This document shows positions 11,001-23,000 of a stretch of DNA of 31,015 nt, in pieces. A model generated the notes under the pieces. It saw nothing but the letters and a program-made list of their open reading frames with translations, ran no database searches and was not told the origin of the DNA. How positions within the stretch are numbered: position 1 is the stretch's first letter; every line of letters starts with the position of its first letter. This DNA comes from an uncultured Elusimicrobia bacterium (lineage in GTDB: Bacteria; Elusimicrobiota; Elusimicrobia; UBA1565; UBA9628), in NCBI GenBank assembly GCA_964618085.1, contig CAZTZW010000002.1, forward strand, positions 9,918 to 40,932, read 5' to 3'. The position numbers were made by a program, and so were the translations under genes.

Positions 11001-14000
11001 GGCGACGTCGCCGAGAAGGTTCCGGAGATGTGGCTGTACCACATGCCCGAGTCCGCCTCCTGGTAGGCGACCGAGGCGGCGGCCACGCCGAAGGTCTCCG
11101 AGGCGGTGCCCGCGATGCCGAACGCGACCGAGCGGTTGCCGCCCGTCGCGGGCAAGGACGGCGGCGAGGTCAGGGCGACGGCGGGCAGGCTGGTGTTGAA
11201 CGAGAACGTCGTCGTCGAGATCTGGCCGGCCGAGCTGACGTTGGCGGCGGGCACGGCATTATCGCGCGCGCGCACCCACACGCGATATGTATATTGCGTC
11301 GTCAACGCGGGCGCGTCCATGTCCCAGACGCCGCCGGCGAAAGTGCCGTTGCGTCCGCCGCTCGCGATGGGGTAGTAGATGGGGCAGCCCGTGAGCGTGA
11401 ACGTGCCGGGCGTGACGCTGCCGTCCCAGCAGCCCTGGCCCGGGCTCATCTCTCCGATGGCCACGTCGATCTGAGAGGCCGCGGAGACGCCCGCCAGGGC
11501 GTCCACGGCCGTGCCGCGGATCTTCGCGAGGGTGGCGAGCACCGAGCCGTCGGACGGCGCCTGGAAGCCCACGTTCGGGCCGACGAGGTCGACGGTGAAG
11601 GTGGAGGCGCGCGCCGGAGTGAAGAAGGGCTCCGCGTTGCCGCCCGAGAAGGAGTCGTCGAGGCCCGACGTCGTCGCGTAGTAGGACGCGCCGTGCTGGA
11701 GGCCCGTGGGCAGGTTGTTGGCCGCGGGCAGGTTGGTGACGAGGGTCCAGCTCGTCTGATGGACCTGGATTCCCTCGTTCTCGGTCATCTGAGCCGCGCC
11801 CGCGACCCAGCTGGCGCTGTCCCAGCGGAAGCCGTCGGAGAGGCGCACCAACTGTAGGCGGACGTCGTCCACCAGGCCCGGCAGGGAGCCGGCCACGTCG
11901 TTGGCCGTGCCCGACATGCTCGAGAGAGAGGAGATGGTGCTGACGTTGACCGGCAGGCGCACGTCGGTCACCGGCGGGTCGGTGTCGAAGATGACGGTCT
12001 GCGAGGAGTAGGTCGTCGAGTAGTTGCCGGACTGGTTGCGCGCGCGCGCCTCGATGCGGTACTGCGTGCCGCTCTGGAAGGGCGTGCCGCTGGAGAGCGT
12101 CCACGAAGTCCACAGCGGGACGGACGCCGAGGCAGCCTGCAGCCACGCGGTCTCGGCCGGGATGGGGTTCGGCTGGATGTCGAAGAAGCCCGAGCCGGCG
12201 TTGTAGTAGCGGGTCAGGCCGGTCTGCTGGAGGATGCGGACCTCCACCTGGCCGAGCGCCGTCGGCACGGCGTCGGCGGCCGTGCCGGAGATGGTGGTCA
12301 GCGAGCGGTGGCGCGTCTGGTTCGGGAAAGTGACGCCGACCGTGGGCACGGCCGTGTTGTAGACGAAGGTCACCGAGCTGACGGCCGGCGTGAAGACCGC
12401 CTGCTCGTTGCCCGCGTTGTCCGTCGCGCGCGCCGCGACGATGTAGCTGACGCCGCTCGTGTACGGGTTCGGGTTGGCGGTGAACGTCCAGGCGCCGACC
12501 GCCCCCCCCGCCGGGATGAAGTTGGGGCAGGGCGCCGAGAAGCCGCCGCCGTACACGTAGCAGAGGTTCGTGCCCAGTCTTTGGATCGACACCGACACCG
12601 TGGAGACGCCGGTGGCCGACAGCGGCCCGATCCCATCCGGGTCGGGGTCGGAGGAGCCGCCGGTCACGGCGAAGTTCACGCCCTTGAAGCCGCCCTGGAC
12701 GGGGTCGGAGACGGTCGCCGCGGGGAGCGAGGAGTCGAAGGTGAAGGCGAAGTCCTGCGCGCGCGAGTTGCCGGCGCGGTCGGTGGCCGAGGAGCGCAGG
12801 ACGTAGGCCTGGCCGTTGGTCAGCGCGGGGTAGACCCAGCCCCAGACATCGGGACCGAAGGAGTAGGCGCTGGTGGAGAAGTACGTCTCCAGACCGCCGT
12901 TGAAGGACGTCCCGTTGTACCAGCCGCCCGCGCCGGCCGCCGAGGAGACGGCCAGCCGCAGAGTGCCGATGCCCGACGGGGCGTCGAGCGCGGTGCCCGA
13001 GATGGAGGCCAGCAGGGGGCTCAGGGCGCCCGCGGAGACGGGCGCGTCGACCGCGGCCGTCGGCACCACGACGTCGTAGGTGAACGAGGTCGAGGAGACC
13101 ACGGTCTGCGCCACCGCGGCGAGGTCGGTCGCCGAGGAGTGGAAGACATAGACGTGCGCCTGGGTCCAGGGCTGGACGCCGAAGGTGAAGTTCCACGTCG
13201 CCGTCGAGCCCTTGGCGCCGAACCAGGCGGGACAGGCCGCGGTGAAGTTGTTGAGGGCGGAGTCGTAACAGTTGGGCGAGGCGATGGACGTATTTTGGAC
13301 CGACAGCTGGACGGTCGACACCGCCACGTTATCGCTCGACACGCCCGAGACGACCGCCATGGAGTTGCGGAAGACGCCCGGGAGCGGGAAGAGGACCGCG
13401 GCGTAGCCCGGGGTCACGTCGTAGGTGAAGGTGGAGCCTCGCGGCGAGTCGAAGAGCTCGGCATTACCCCCGCCCGCGGCGTTGTCGAGGCCCGAGGACG
13501 TCAGATAGTAGGACGTGCCGGAGGTCAGGTCGGCGGGGGTCGGGCGGTTGATGCCGGCCATGCTCCAGGTCGGCACCGACGGCGTCACGCCTTGGGCGGC
13601 GGCCAACGTCTGCGGGACGGGGCCGGGCTGCCAGGCGCCGGCGCCCGGCGCGCCGTCCCAGTAGGCGCCGTCGGAGAGGCGCTTGAAGCGCAGGCGCATC
13701 GTCGGGACCAGGCCCGGGTTGCCGACGGGCAGGTCCGACACGGTGCCGCCGAGGGCGGAGAGGCTGTTGATGACGGACGCGTGGGCGGGCGTCGTCACGC
13801 CGCTCTGGGGCGCGAGGTTGTCGTAGACCACGACCACGCTCGAGTACGGGACCGCGTAGGTGCCCGCGCCGTTCTCCGAGCGCGCGACCACGGTGTAGGT
13901 GCCGCCGTTGACGTAGGGCACGGCGCTCGACGCCGTCCAGTTGATCCACGAGCCCGCGTGCGTCGCGTCGAACCACGCCAGGTCGCCGTCGGGCTGGTTG

Positions 14001-17000
14001 AAGGACAGGCCCGAAGCGGGGTTGGCGAACTGGCCCCCGGCTTCGCTGAACACGCGCAGCTGCACCTTGCGCACCGTGTTGGGCGCCGTGGCCGAGGCCG
14101 TGCCGGCGATGCTCGCCAACGTGAGCTGGCCGTGGCGCGCGGGCGGGTTCACCGGCGCGGTGATGCCCACGAGCGGGCGCGACGAGTCGTAGCCGAAGGT
14201 GATGGGCGCCGCGGGGATCTCCGTGTTGCCCGAGGCCGCGCCTTGGGCCCGGTCCTCGGCGAAGACGTCGAGCGAGTAGGTCAGCCCGTCCATCCAGGTC
14301 AAGGTCGGCGTGCTCGACTGGTACGTCCAAGTGTTGGAGCCCGGGAGGTAGACGGCGGTGCTCGCGGTGACGCCGACGACCCAGGTGCTGGTCAGGTGGT
14401 CCCAGTAGAAGTTGTTATCGAGGCGGCGCAGGCGGAAGCGCACGCCGTTGGGGTCCTTGATGCCCGCGCCCACCGCCCCCGCCCCGACGCTCAGGAAGTC
14501 CGTCGAGCCGCCGCGCAGCACCGGGTGGGTCGACACGAAGGTCGTGTTGACCGGGAAGCTCACCGAGGAGGTCGGCGAGGACAGGTCGATGTAGAAGTTC
14601 ACCTGCTGGGGCGCCAGCTCGTCGATGCCCGCCAGGTTGACGCCCGTGGTCTTGACGGTGAAGGTGGTGTTGTTGACCGTGCTCCAGGTCGGCAGGACCT
14701 CGCCGGCCGGCGGGTAGCCCCAGTTGCCGGCGACCGGGAGGACCACGCGGGTGTTCGTGCTGTCGTCGACGCCGCAGCCCACCCAGCCGTGGCCCGTCGT
14801 GCCGCCGCCCCAGCACTGGTTGGTGTCGAGGCGCTTGATCTGGAACTTGACCGAGATGGTGTTGACGTTGGCCGTGCCCTGCATGCCGGCGAGCTGGTTG
14901 TATCGCGTGAGGCTGACGGGGACCGAGACGGCCGTGACCGCGGGCGGCGGCTGGAACTGGAGGCGGCGGCGGCCGGGCGTGCCCGCCACGGGCGTCGGCG
15001 TCTGCACGTTGCCCGCGTTGTCCACGGCGCTCGAGATCATGGTGTAGAAGGACAGGTTGCGCAGGTTGGTGTCGATGGACGGCGAGGAGAAGGCCCACTC
15101 GCCGGTGCCCGCGTTGTACACGGCGGGGTTCCAGATGGGCGGACCGCCCGGCGTCGCCCAGCTGCCGGCGGACTCGTTCCAGTAGCTGTTGGCGTTGGGG
15201 TCGCCGGGGTTGGTGTCGTTGTTCCAGATGCTCAGGTAGGTGAAGCGCACCGCCGAGGACGACGCGTTGACGAGCGCGTCGGACGCCGTGCCGGTGATGG
15301 AGGCCAAGGACGTCGTCGTCGTGTCGTCGGGGCCGGCCGGGAAGGTCACGCCCGAGGTCGGCGTGGTGCCGTCGAAGGTGATGGTCGTGACCGCGGTGAA
15401 GTAGTTCGGGAAGGCGCCGGCGTTGCCGGCCTGGTCGGTGGCGGCCACACGCACGACGTACTGGCGGCCGTTGGGCGAGAGGTCGCCGCGCGTGAACGAG
15501 GGCGCGACGGCGGAGGCGCCGGTGCCGGAGGGAAGGCCGGTGATGACCCACGAGCTCTGGTAGGCCGTCGCGGCGATGTTGACGGGGACGGACTGCCAGG
15601 ATGAGCCGTTGTACCAGCGGCAGGAGCCGCCGCACAGCGGGACGGCGTGGGGCGGCGTCGCGAGGTCGGAGACGTCCTCGATCTGGACGAGCACCTGCGC
15701 CAAGCCGGACGGGATGTTGCCGCCGACCAGCGGCTCGGTGAAGGAGCCGGAGGACACGCTCAAGGTGTTCGTGCTGACGTACGGGCGGTCCGGGCGCAGG
15801 ATGGTGGCCGTGGGCGTCGAGCGGTCCATGATGAAGGTCGTCGTGGAATACGTCGCGTCGGTGAAGGAGAACTGGTCGCGGGCGCGCGCCACGACGCGGT
15901 AGCGGTAGCCGTCCGCGAAGGCGCCCTCGGGCAGGTTCGCGGGCTGGCTCTGGAAGGGCGTGATGGTCTGCGCGCCGCCGAGCAAGGTCGTGGGGATGAC
16001 GAAGCCGGGGTTCGCGGCGAACCAGCCGATGCCGTCCCAGTACTCGCGGAAAGCGACCGAGTTCTCGCGAGACACGGACAGCTGTACCTGTGCCATGCCG
16101 ATGCCCTGGGTGCCCGCGGTGCTCTGGTCGTCGGCGGTGCCGGCGATGGGCGTGGCGCCGCCCACCAATGCGGAGTTGTTCGTGGGATGGGTGAAACCCG
16201 ACACGGGCGCGAAGTAGTCGATGCGCAGGTCGTTGCCGGGCGTCAGAGGCTCGGTCCCCGCACGGTTCTGGTTGCCCGCGCCGTCGATGCCGCGAACGTA
16301 GAACGTGTACGTGCGCGGCTGGGCGCGCGAGGCGATATCGGCCGAGAGGGCCGCGTCGGTGAACGACCATGAGGACGTGTGGACCTGCGTCGGACGCCAT
16401 GACGCGCCGCCGAAGGGCGCGAAGGCCGCGCCGTTCCACCAGTTCAACGTCAAGTTCTCGCGCACCGCGACGTACATCTGGACGAGACCCGAGGTGGCTT
16501 CGGCATAGGTCCCGGAGGAGAGGACGAAGGCCGTCGCGTAGCTGTCGTCGATGGGCGTCGAGATGGTCGTCGTAGGCGCCTGCGCGTCGTAGGTGAACGA
16601 GTAGACGATCTCAGGATTCTCGACGTTGCCGGTGTTGTCCACGGAGCGCAGGCGCACGGTGTACTGGACGGTGTCCTGCCAGGACGGAAGGACGTCGCCG
16701 GCCGGGTTGGACGGCGGGTACTGCCAGGCCGCGGGATCGGCCGTGGTCGTGGACACGCGACGGTAGTTGATCACCGGCGTGAACACCGTCGAGCCGTCCC
16801 AGTAGTCGCCGTCGGGCTCGCGGATGGCGATCTCGACGCGGTTCAGGCCCGACTTGACGCCGAGGCCGGTGACCCAGTCCACGGCCGTGCCGGACAGAGT
16901 CGTGGGCTGGCCCAGCGGGTAGAAGGCCTGGCTCGGGACCAGGATGGTGGTCGAGGGCTTATTGACGTCGTACTTGAAGCTGACGACGGGGGTCACGCCG

Positions 17001-20000
17001 CTGACGTTGCCGGCGGTGTCGGTGGCGATCGCGGTGAGCAGGTACTGTTTGTTGTCGATCCACGTCGGCGAGACGAAGGTCCAGGGGTTGGTGCCGCTGG
17101 TGATGAGGAAGGTCGAGCCGGCGACCACCCACGACGTGCCGTTCCACTTCAGGTTGTCTGTGGTGTCCTCGATCTGCACCAACACGCGCGCGGTACCGCC
17201 GGGCGCGTCGGTGGAGCCGCCCAGGAAGGAGGTCAGCGGGCGGCCCGCGCCGTAATCGGGCATGGACACCATCGGCGTCGAGATAGTCACCACGGGACCG
17301 ACACGGTCCAAGGTGACCTGGACGGTCGCCGGAGTCTCGAGATTGCCGGCGTTATCGCGCGCCTGGATGGCCACCCCGTACACCGTGCCGTCGGCCTCCG
17401 TGATGGTAGGCGCGGACTGGCCGGGCAAGGTGCCGGGATAGGTCCACGCCACGGTGCCGGTAGAGCCTGATAGCTGGACGGGCAGCTGGGTCTGAACGTT
17501 GGCGAGGCCCCAGCTGGAGCCGGTCCAATAGTGGCTGGACGCGCCGACGACGTACCACGCTCGCAGGTAGTAGGCGCTCGCCTGGGACAACGCCGCGTTC
17601 GACGTGCCCGAGAGCGCGTTCAGGTTCTGGATGAAGGCGCCGGGCGCCGGAGTGACGACCGCCGAGACGGGCGGAGTGTCGTCGACGACGAAAGAGACCT
17701 GGCTCACCGGAGAGGCGAAGGTCGACCCCAGGTTGCCCACGACGGCCCCGCTCGCGTTGCGGGCGTTGTCGCGGGCGCGGGTCTTGGCGTAGTACTGGCG
17801 GTCGCCGATCCAGTCCAAGGAGTCGAAGAACAGGCGCCAGGAGTCCGTACCGGTCGCGACGCGCCACTCGGAGCTCTCCACCGTGTTGGAGGAGAACTTC
17901 GTGCCGTTGGAGCCGATGACGCCGGTGTAGTAGTAGCTCGTGCCGCCGAGCAGGTACCAGATGACGGTGTTGACGTTCTGCAGGGCGTCGTTGGAGGGAT
18001 ACAGCGCGGCCTCGGAGTCCACGGCGGTGCCGGTCAGCGCCGAGCCGCCGGTCAGGTCCGAGGACTTGTAGGACTGGCCGTTGGCGGGCTTGATGAAGCC
18101 GGCCAGGGGCGCGGCCTTGTCGATGGACAGAGTGCGGCTGGAGAGGGGCGAGGAGAACTGGCCCTGGATGTTGCCCGCGAAGTCGAGCGCGCGCACGGTG
18201 ATGCGGTAGCCGCGGCCCGACTCGAGCGCGCCGGTGAGCGCGGGGTTCGAGTAGGTCCAGGGGCCGGTGCCGACGACCGCGTTGAAGGACGAGAGGCTCT
18301 GGTTGAAGTCCGAGCCGGTGTCCGACCAGTACTGGTCGTTGTGCGGCTCGTAGATCTCGAGCTCGACCTTGCGGACGTCGGACTTGCGGTTGCTGCCGTA
18401 GACGCCGTCGGGGTCGAAGGAGGTGCCGGAGATGACGCTCAGGTCCAGGTACACCTGGCCGGAGGACGGCGAGACGAGCAGGCCGACGGGCGTCGAGGTG
18501 TCGTAGACGAAGGTGAAGTTCGCCATCGAGGCCTCGACGGTCTGGTCGTTGAGGGCCTTGTCCGCCGCGTGGGCGTAGACGGTGTAGTCCACGCCGTCCT
18601 GGAGGGCGGGGCCCGCCAAGGTCGTGGTGCTGAACGTGAACAAGGTCGTCCCGGCGAAGGAGCCGGGGCCGAACTCGAAGGCGCCGACCTGGAAGGCCGT
18701 CCCGTTCCAGTAGCGGTTGGCGGGATTGTCCTTGAGGCGGAACTTGACGCCGGTCTGCGCGACCGACTGAGCCACCACCGCGCCCGGGTCGGTCGCGGTG
18801 CCGGCCAGGACGGGCAAGGAATTCAAGCAGGCGCCCGCGCCCGCGCAGGGAGTGCCCGAGGGCGAGGTCACGACCGTCACGAGCGTGACGCGGTCGAAGA
18901 CGAAGGTGCGCGAATCGGTGTTGCCCGGGATGCCCGAGGCGTTGATGGCCGTGGCCGCGACGCTGTAGGAGGCGTTGTCCACGTGGTAGGCGGAGGTGAT
19001 GGACCGGCTCCAGTTCTGGGGCGTGCCCGCCACGACGTTGATGTTGTTGATGGAAGGCGCGCTGCCCCAGGACGTCGTCCCCTCGGTCCAGTAGCTGGCC
19101 GGCGGCGTCAGACGCTGGAGGACGAGCTCGACGCCGTTGGCCAGACGCATGTTCGAGCCGTTGCCGATGATGGTGTTGACCGTGCCGGCCGAGTTCGGGC
19201 CGTAGTGCTGCAGGTCCGGCGCCGGGGGCTGGGTGAGCGCCAACGTCGCGTCGGGCGACTGGAGGTAGAACTGGATGTCGAAGAGGCCGTGCGCCGACTC
19301 GACGTTGCCGATGACGTCCACCGCGCGCGCGGTGACGGTGTAGGTGGAGCGGTTGTCCCAGGCGGTGGTCGTCGCGTCATAGACCCACTGGCGCACGCCC
19401 GGCGAGACCACGGCGCCGATCACGCCCGAGGAGATCTCGATGGGCGCGCCCTGCCAAGCCGAGCCGTTCCAGTAATCGCCGATGTTACAGGTGCCGCCCG
19501 AGCAGGCGGTCTCCTGGATGGTCAGGCGCACGACGGAAAGCTGGCCCGGGTTCGCGTCGGAGGCCGTGCCGTAGATGGCGGTCGCGCCCGCGTTGAAGCC
19601 CGTCGGGGCGGTCGCAATGGACACGGGCGCCGTGGTGTCGAAGACGAAGGTGTTGGTGGTGAGCACGACCTCCTGGTTGTCCGCGCGGTCCTTGGAGCGC
19701 GAGACCACCTTGTACACGCGGTTGCTGGTGAGCGCGCCCGCCGACAACGGGAAGGTCCAGGTGCCGGAGGACGAGCCGGTGAACACCGCGGTGGACCAGA
19801 CGGGCACGCCCGAGGCGAAGGAGGTCCCGGTCCACCACGTGGTCGTCACATTGATCTCGGCGACGGCGATGGTGACGCTGGAGTTCTGGAAGCCGGCCTC
19901 GAAGGAGCGCGTACCCGGCGCGCACAAGCCGCCGTTGAAGAAGCAGAAGCGGTCGTCGGCGGTGCCCACGATGGTCACGATGGAGGAGCTCACGAACGCG

Positions 20001-23000
20001 CCGTCGTGCGGCCAGTTCACCCGCGAGGCGGGCGTCGTGAGATCGACCACGAAGGTGTAGGTCGAGTAGGCCGTCTCGACGTTGGTCGCCGCGTCGAAGC
20101 TCTGGGAGTTCACGTCGTAGCGATAGCCGTCCGCGAACGCGCCGACGAAGGCGGTGAAGGTCCAGGGGTTGAGGCCCGAACGGCTGTTGTTAAGGAAACC
20201 GGGGTCGGCGCCCCACGCGCCGCCGAACAGGTTCCAGTACTGGCCGTCGGACCGGCGGACCTTCAGACGCACGTCGTTGACGCCGCTGGGGTTGAACGCG
20301 ACGGGCTCATCCACGGCCGTGCCGGTGATAGTGGCCGGCGCGGACTGACTGTACGCCGGCGGGTAGGTCACGCGCGAAAGGGGCGTAGTGTTGTCGTAGT
20401 TGAAGACGAGCGCCGGGCTGCCGTCGGCGTTCAAGTTGGCGTCGAGCTGGCCGTTGCTCGGCGTCGCGCTGGTATTGCCCGCGCGATCGGTCGCGCGCAC
20501 CCAGACGCGGAAGGCGCGCGAGTCGGCGTTGGTCAACGGCGGGAAAGCCTGGCTCCAGCTCGTCAGGCCGGTCACGCCGCGCCACTGCGCATGCTTGGTC
20601 GGCGACGTGTCCCAGTCGGTGGCGATGTTGCCGGTCACCGAGCCGTTCCAGTAGCTCTGGTCGTCCTGCAACTTGAGCAATATCTGAACGGTCTGAAGGC
20701 CCGAAGCGCCGGTGGTCTCGTCGTTGGCCGTGCCGAGCAAGGAACCCAGCGCGACCGCGTTCAGGTACACGGAGTTCACAGGCGAGGTGATGGCCGCCGT
20801 CGGGACCTGGGTGTCGTAGCGGAACGCGGCGCCCGCGCCCGCGACCGCGGGGTTCTGCTGGATGTTGGTCGCGTTGTCGAGCGCGACGGTCACGGCGCGG
20901 TAGGTCGCGCTCGATTCGAGCATGCCCACGGGAACGGCGGTCGACCACGCCAGCGCGGTGACGCCCTGGAGCGAGGTGCTCGAGACCTGCGTCCATGCGG
21001 AACTCGGGGGCGCCGGGGGCGGATCGGAGATGCCGGTGTCGAAGGCGCCGGTGCCCCAGTTCCACCAGCCGATGGGAGCGGAACCGCCGTCGTTGTGGCG
21101 CACGGCGAGGTAGGCGCGCTGTATGCCCGAAACGCCGGACCCGGTCTCGACGTACTGGCCCGAGAACGTCGTCAGCGCGTTGAGATTAGCGGCGTTGGCC
21201 GGGACCGCGACCGTCGACGTCGGGTTGCTGATGTCGTACTTGAAGGCCTGAGTCTGACCCGCGGCGGAGGCTCCCGGCAGCATGCCCAACGAGAAGTTGA
21301 CGGTGTTGCTGGCCACATCGCGCGCGTACACGAACACGGAGAAGTTGACGCCGTCGCCGCCGGCGTTGAGCTGGGTCTCCAGCTGCGGTACCGAGTAATC
21401 CCAGGTGTTCTGGCCCGCGCGGTACACCTGGCTCGACCAGTGGATGGTGGACAGGCTCACCGAGAAGGAGCGAGAGGCGTCGCTCCACCACATGTTCTGG
21501 GCCGCGCCGGAGGAGATGGCGACCCAGACCTCGCGCACGCCCGAGGGGACTACGCCCGCGTCGCCGACCGTGCCCCACGTATGAGTGCTGAAGCGGGTCG
21601 AGTCGGGATTGTTGGAGTAGGGCGGCAGAGCGGGCGGCGCCGCCGGGAAGGAGACGGTCAAGGAGGGCGCGACGCTGTCGTAGCGGAAGGTGTGGTCGCC
21701 GCCGCCGGGCGCCGAGCGCACGTTGCCCGCGCGGTCGACGACGCGCACGAAAAGACGGTACTGCTGGTCGTTGCCGAACGCGCCGGCCAAGTCGCTGTAG
21801 GTCCAAGACTGAAGGCCGAAGGTACCGCCGACGGCGGCGGTGGAGTAGTGGTCGTTGAGGGCGGTCCACGAGGAACCCGTCCAGTCCTCGTCCGGCCCCC
21901 CCGCCGTACGCTGGATGCGCAACTCCACGCGGGAGATGCCCGCGAGGTCGCCGTCCGCCGTGCCTGCGATCGAACCCAGGGCCGAGACGTTGGCGCCCAA
22001 GGGAGCGGTCAGACCCGTCGTTGGAATCGTATCGTCCACGACGAAGTCCACGATGTCGGTGCCCACGGTGGCGGGCACGCTCACGTTGCCGGAGACGGTG
22101 CCGTCCTTAAGGAACGAGGCGTCCTCGGCACGGCTCTCCAGACGGTACTGCGTGTCCGCCGAGCGCCAGGTGACGGCGCCGATAGAGCTCCAAAGCGTAT
22201 CGGTAGCCGGGAACCAGCCGGAGTTGGACACCCCCGTGCCCGAGGAGAACACGGTGCCCTGCCAATACCAAGTGTCACCAGCGACGTAGGAGAGGCGGAT
22301 GTCCACACGGCGCAGACCGGAGTTGAAGGGCGCGCCCGGGTCCGTCGCGGTGCCCGCGAACGGATTGGACACGCCGGAGAGCTGCGAGCCACGGTAAGCG
22401 TTGCCGTGCCCCGGCAAGGTGATGACGGTGGTCGGCGGCACCGCGTCCACGAGGAAGGTGCGAGAGGACACGCTCGCGACGAAGGACGTCTGCCCGTTTC
22501 CGGCCACGTCGACGGCGCGCGAGAGAACGGTGTAGTAGGTGCTGAAAGTGGCCAGCGCGGCGTTGAGGTTCGCGTCGGTCAGGCTCCAATCGGCCGCAGG
22601 CGTGCTCGAGGTCGCGAGCCAGAACGGACAGGTCTCGGTGAAGAACAGGGTGCCCGGGTTGTAGCAGAGGCCGTTGCGCAGGGAGCGCACCGACGCGCTG
22701 ATGGCGTGCACCGAGAACGTGTCGTTGGCCGTACCCGAGACCTGCGGTGAGCCCAAGGTCCGCAGGGGCGTGGAGCCGTTGGGCAAGGTGATGCCCGAAG
22801 TGGGCGCGGTCACGTCCCAGGTGAACGGGCGGTTGATGGTCGTGCCGTTGCCGGCGCGGTCGCGCGCGACGAGGATGGCGGTGTAGGCGCGGTCCGCCTC
22901 GAAGGCCGTGGAGTCGGTGAAGCTCGCGTGCGTGACCGCATAGGTGTTGGCCGGCAGAGCGCCGACGTTGGGCGTGAGACAGGTGGCATCGGTCGTCGTG

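Noticed and set aside
3803-21902. G7/G8 homopolymers in the coding strand (3803-3809, 12502-12509, 21896-21902) as phase-variation sites
   Set aside because: They are short Gly-Gly (GGG GGG) runs. About three in 30 kb of very GC-rich, Gly-rich coding DNA is plausible by chance, and there is no evidence of length variation.
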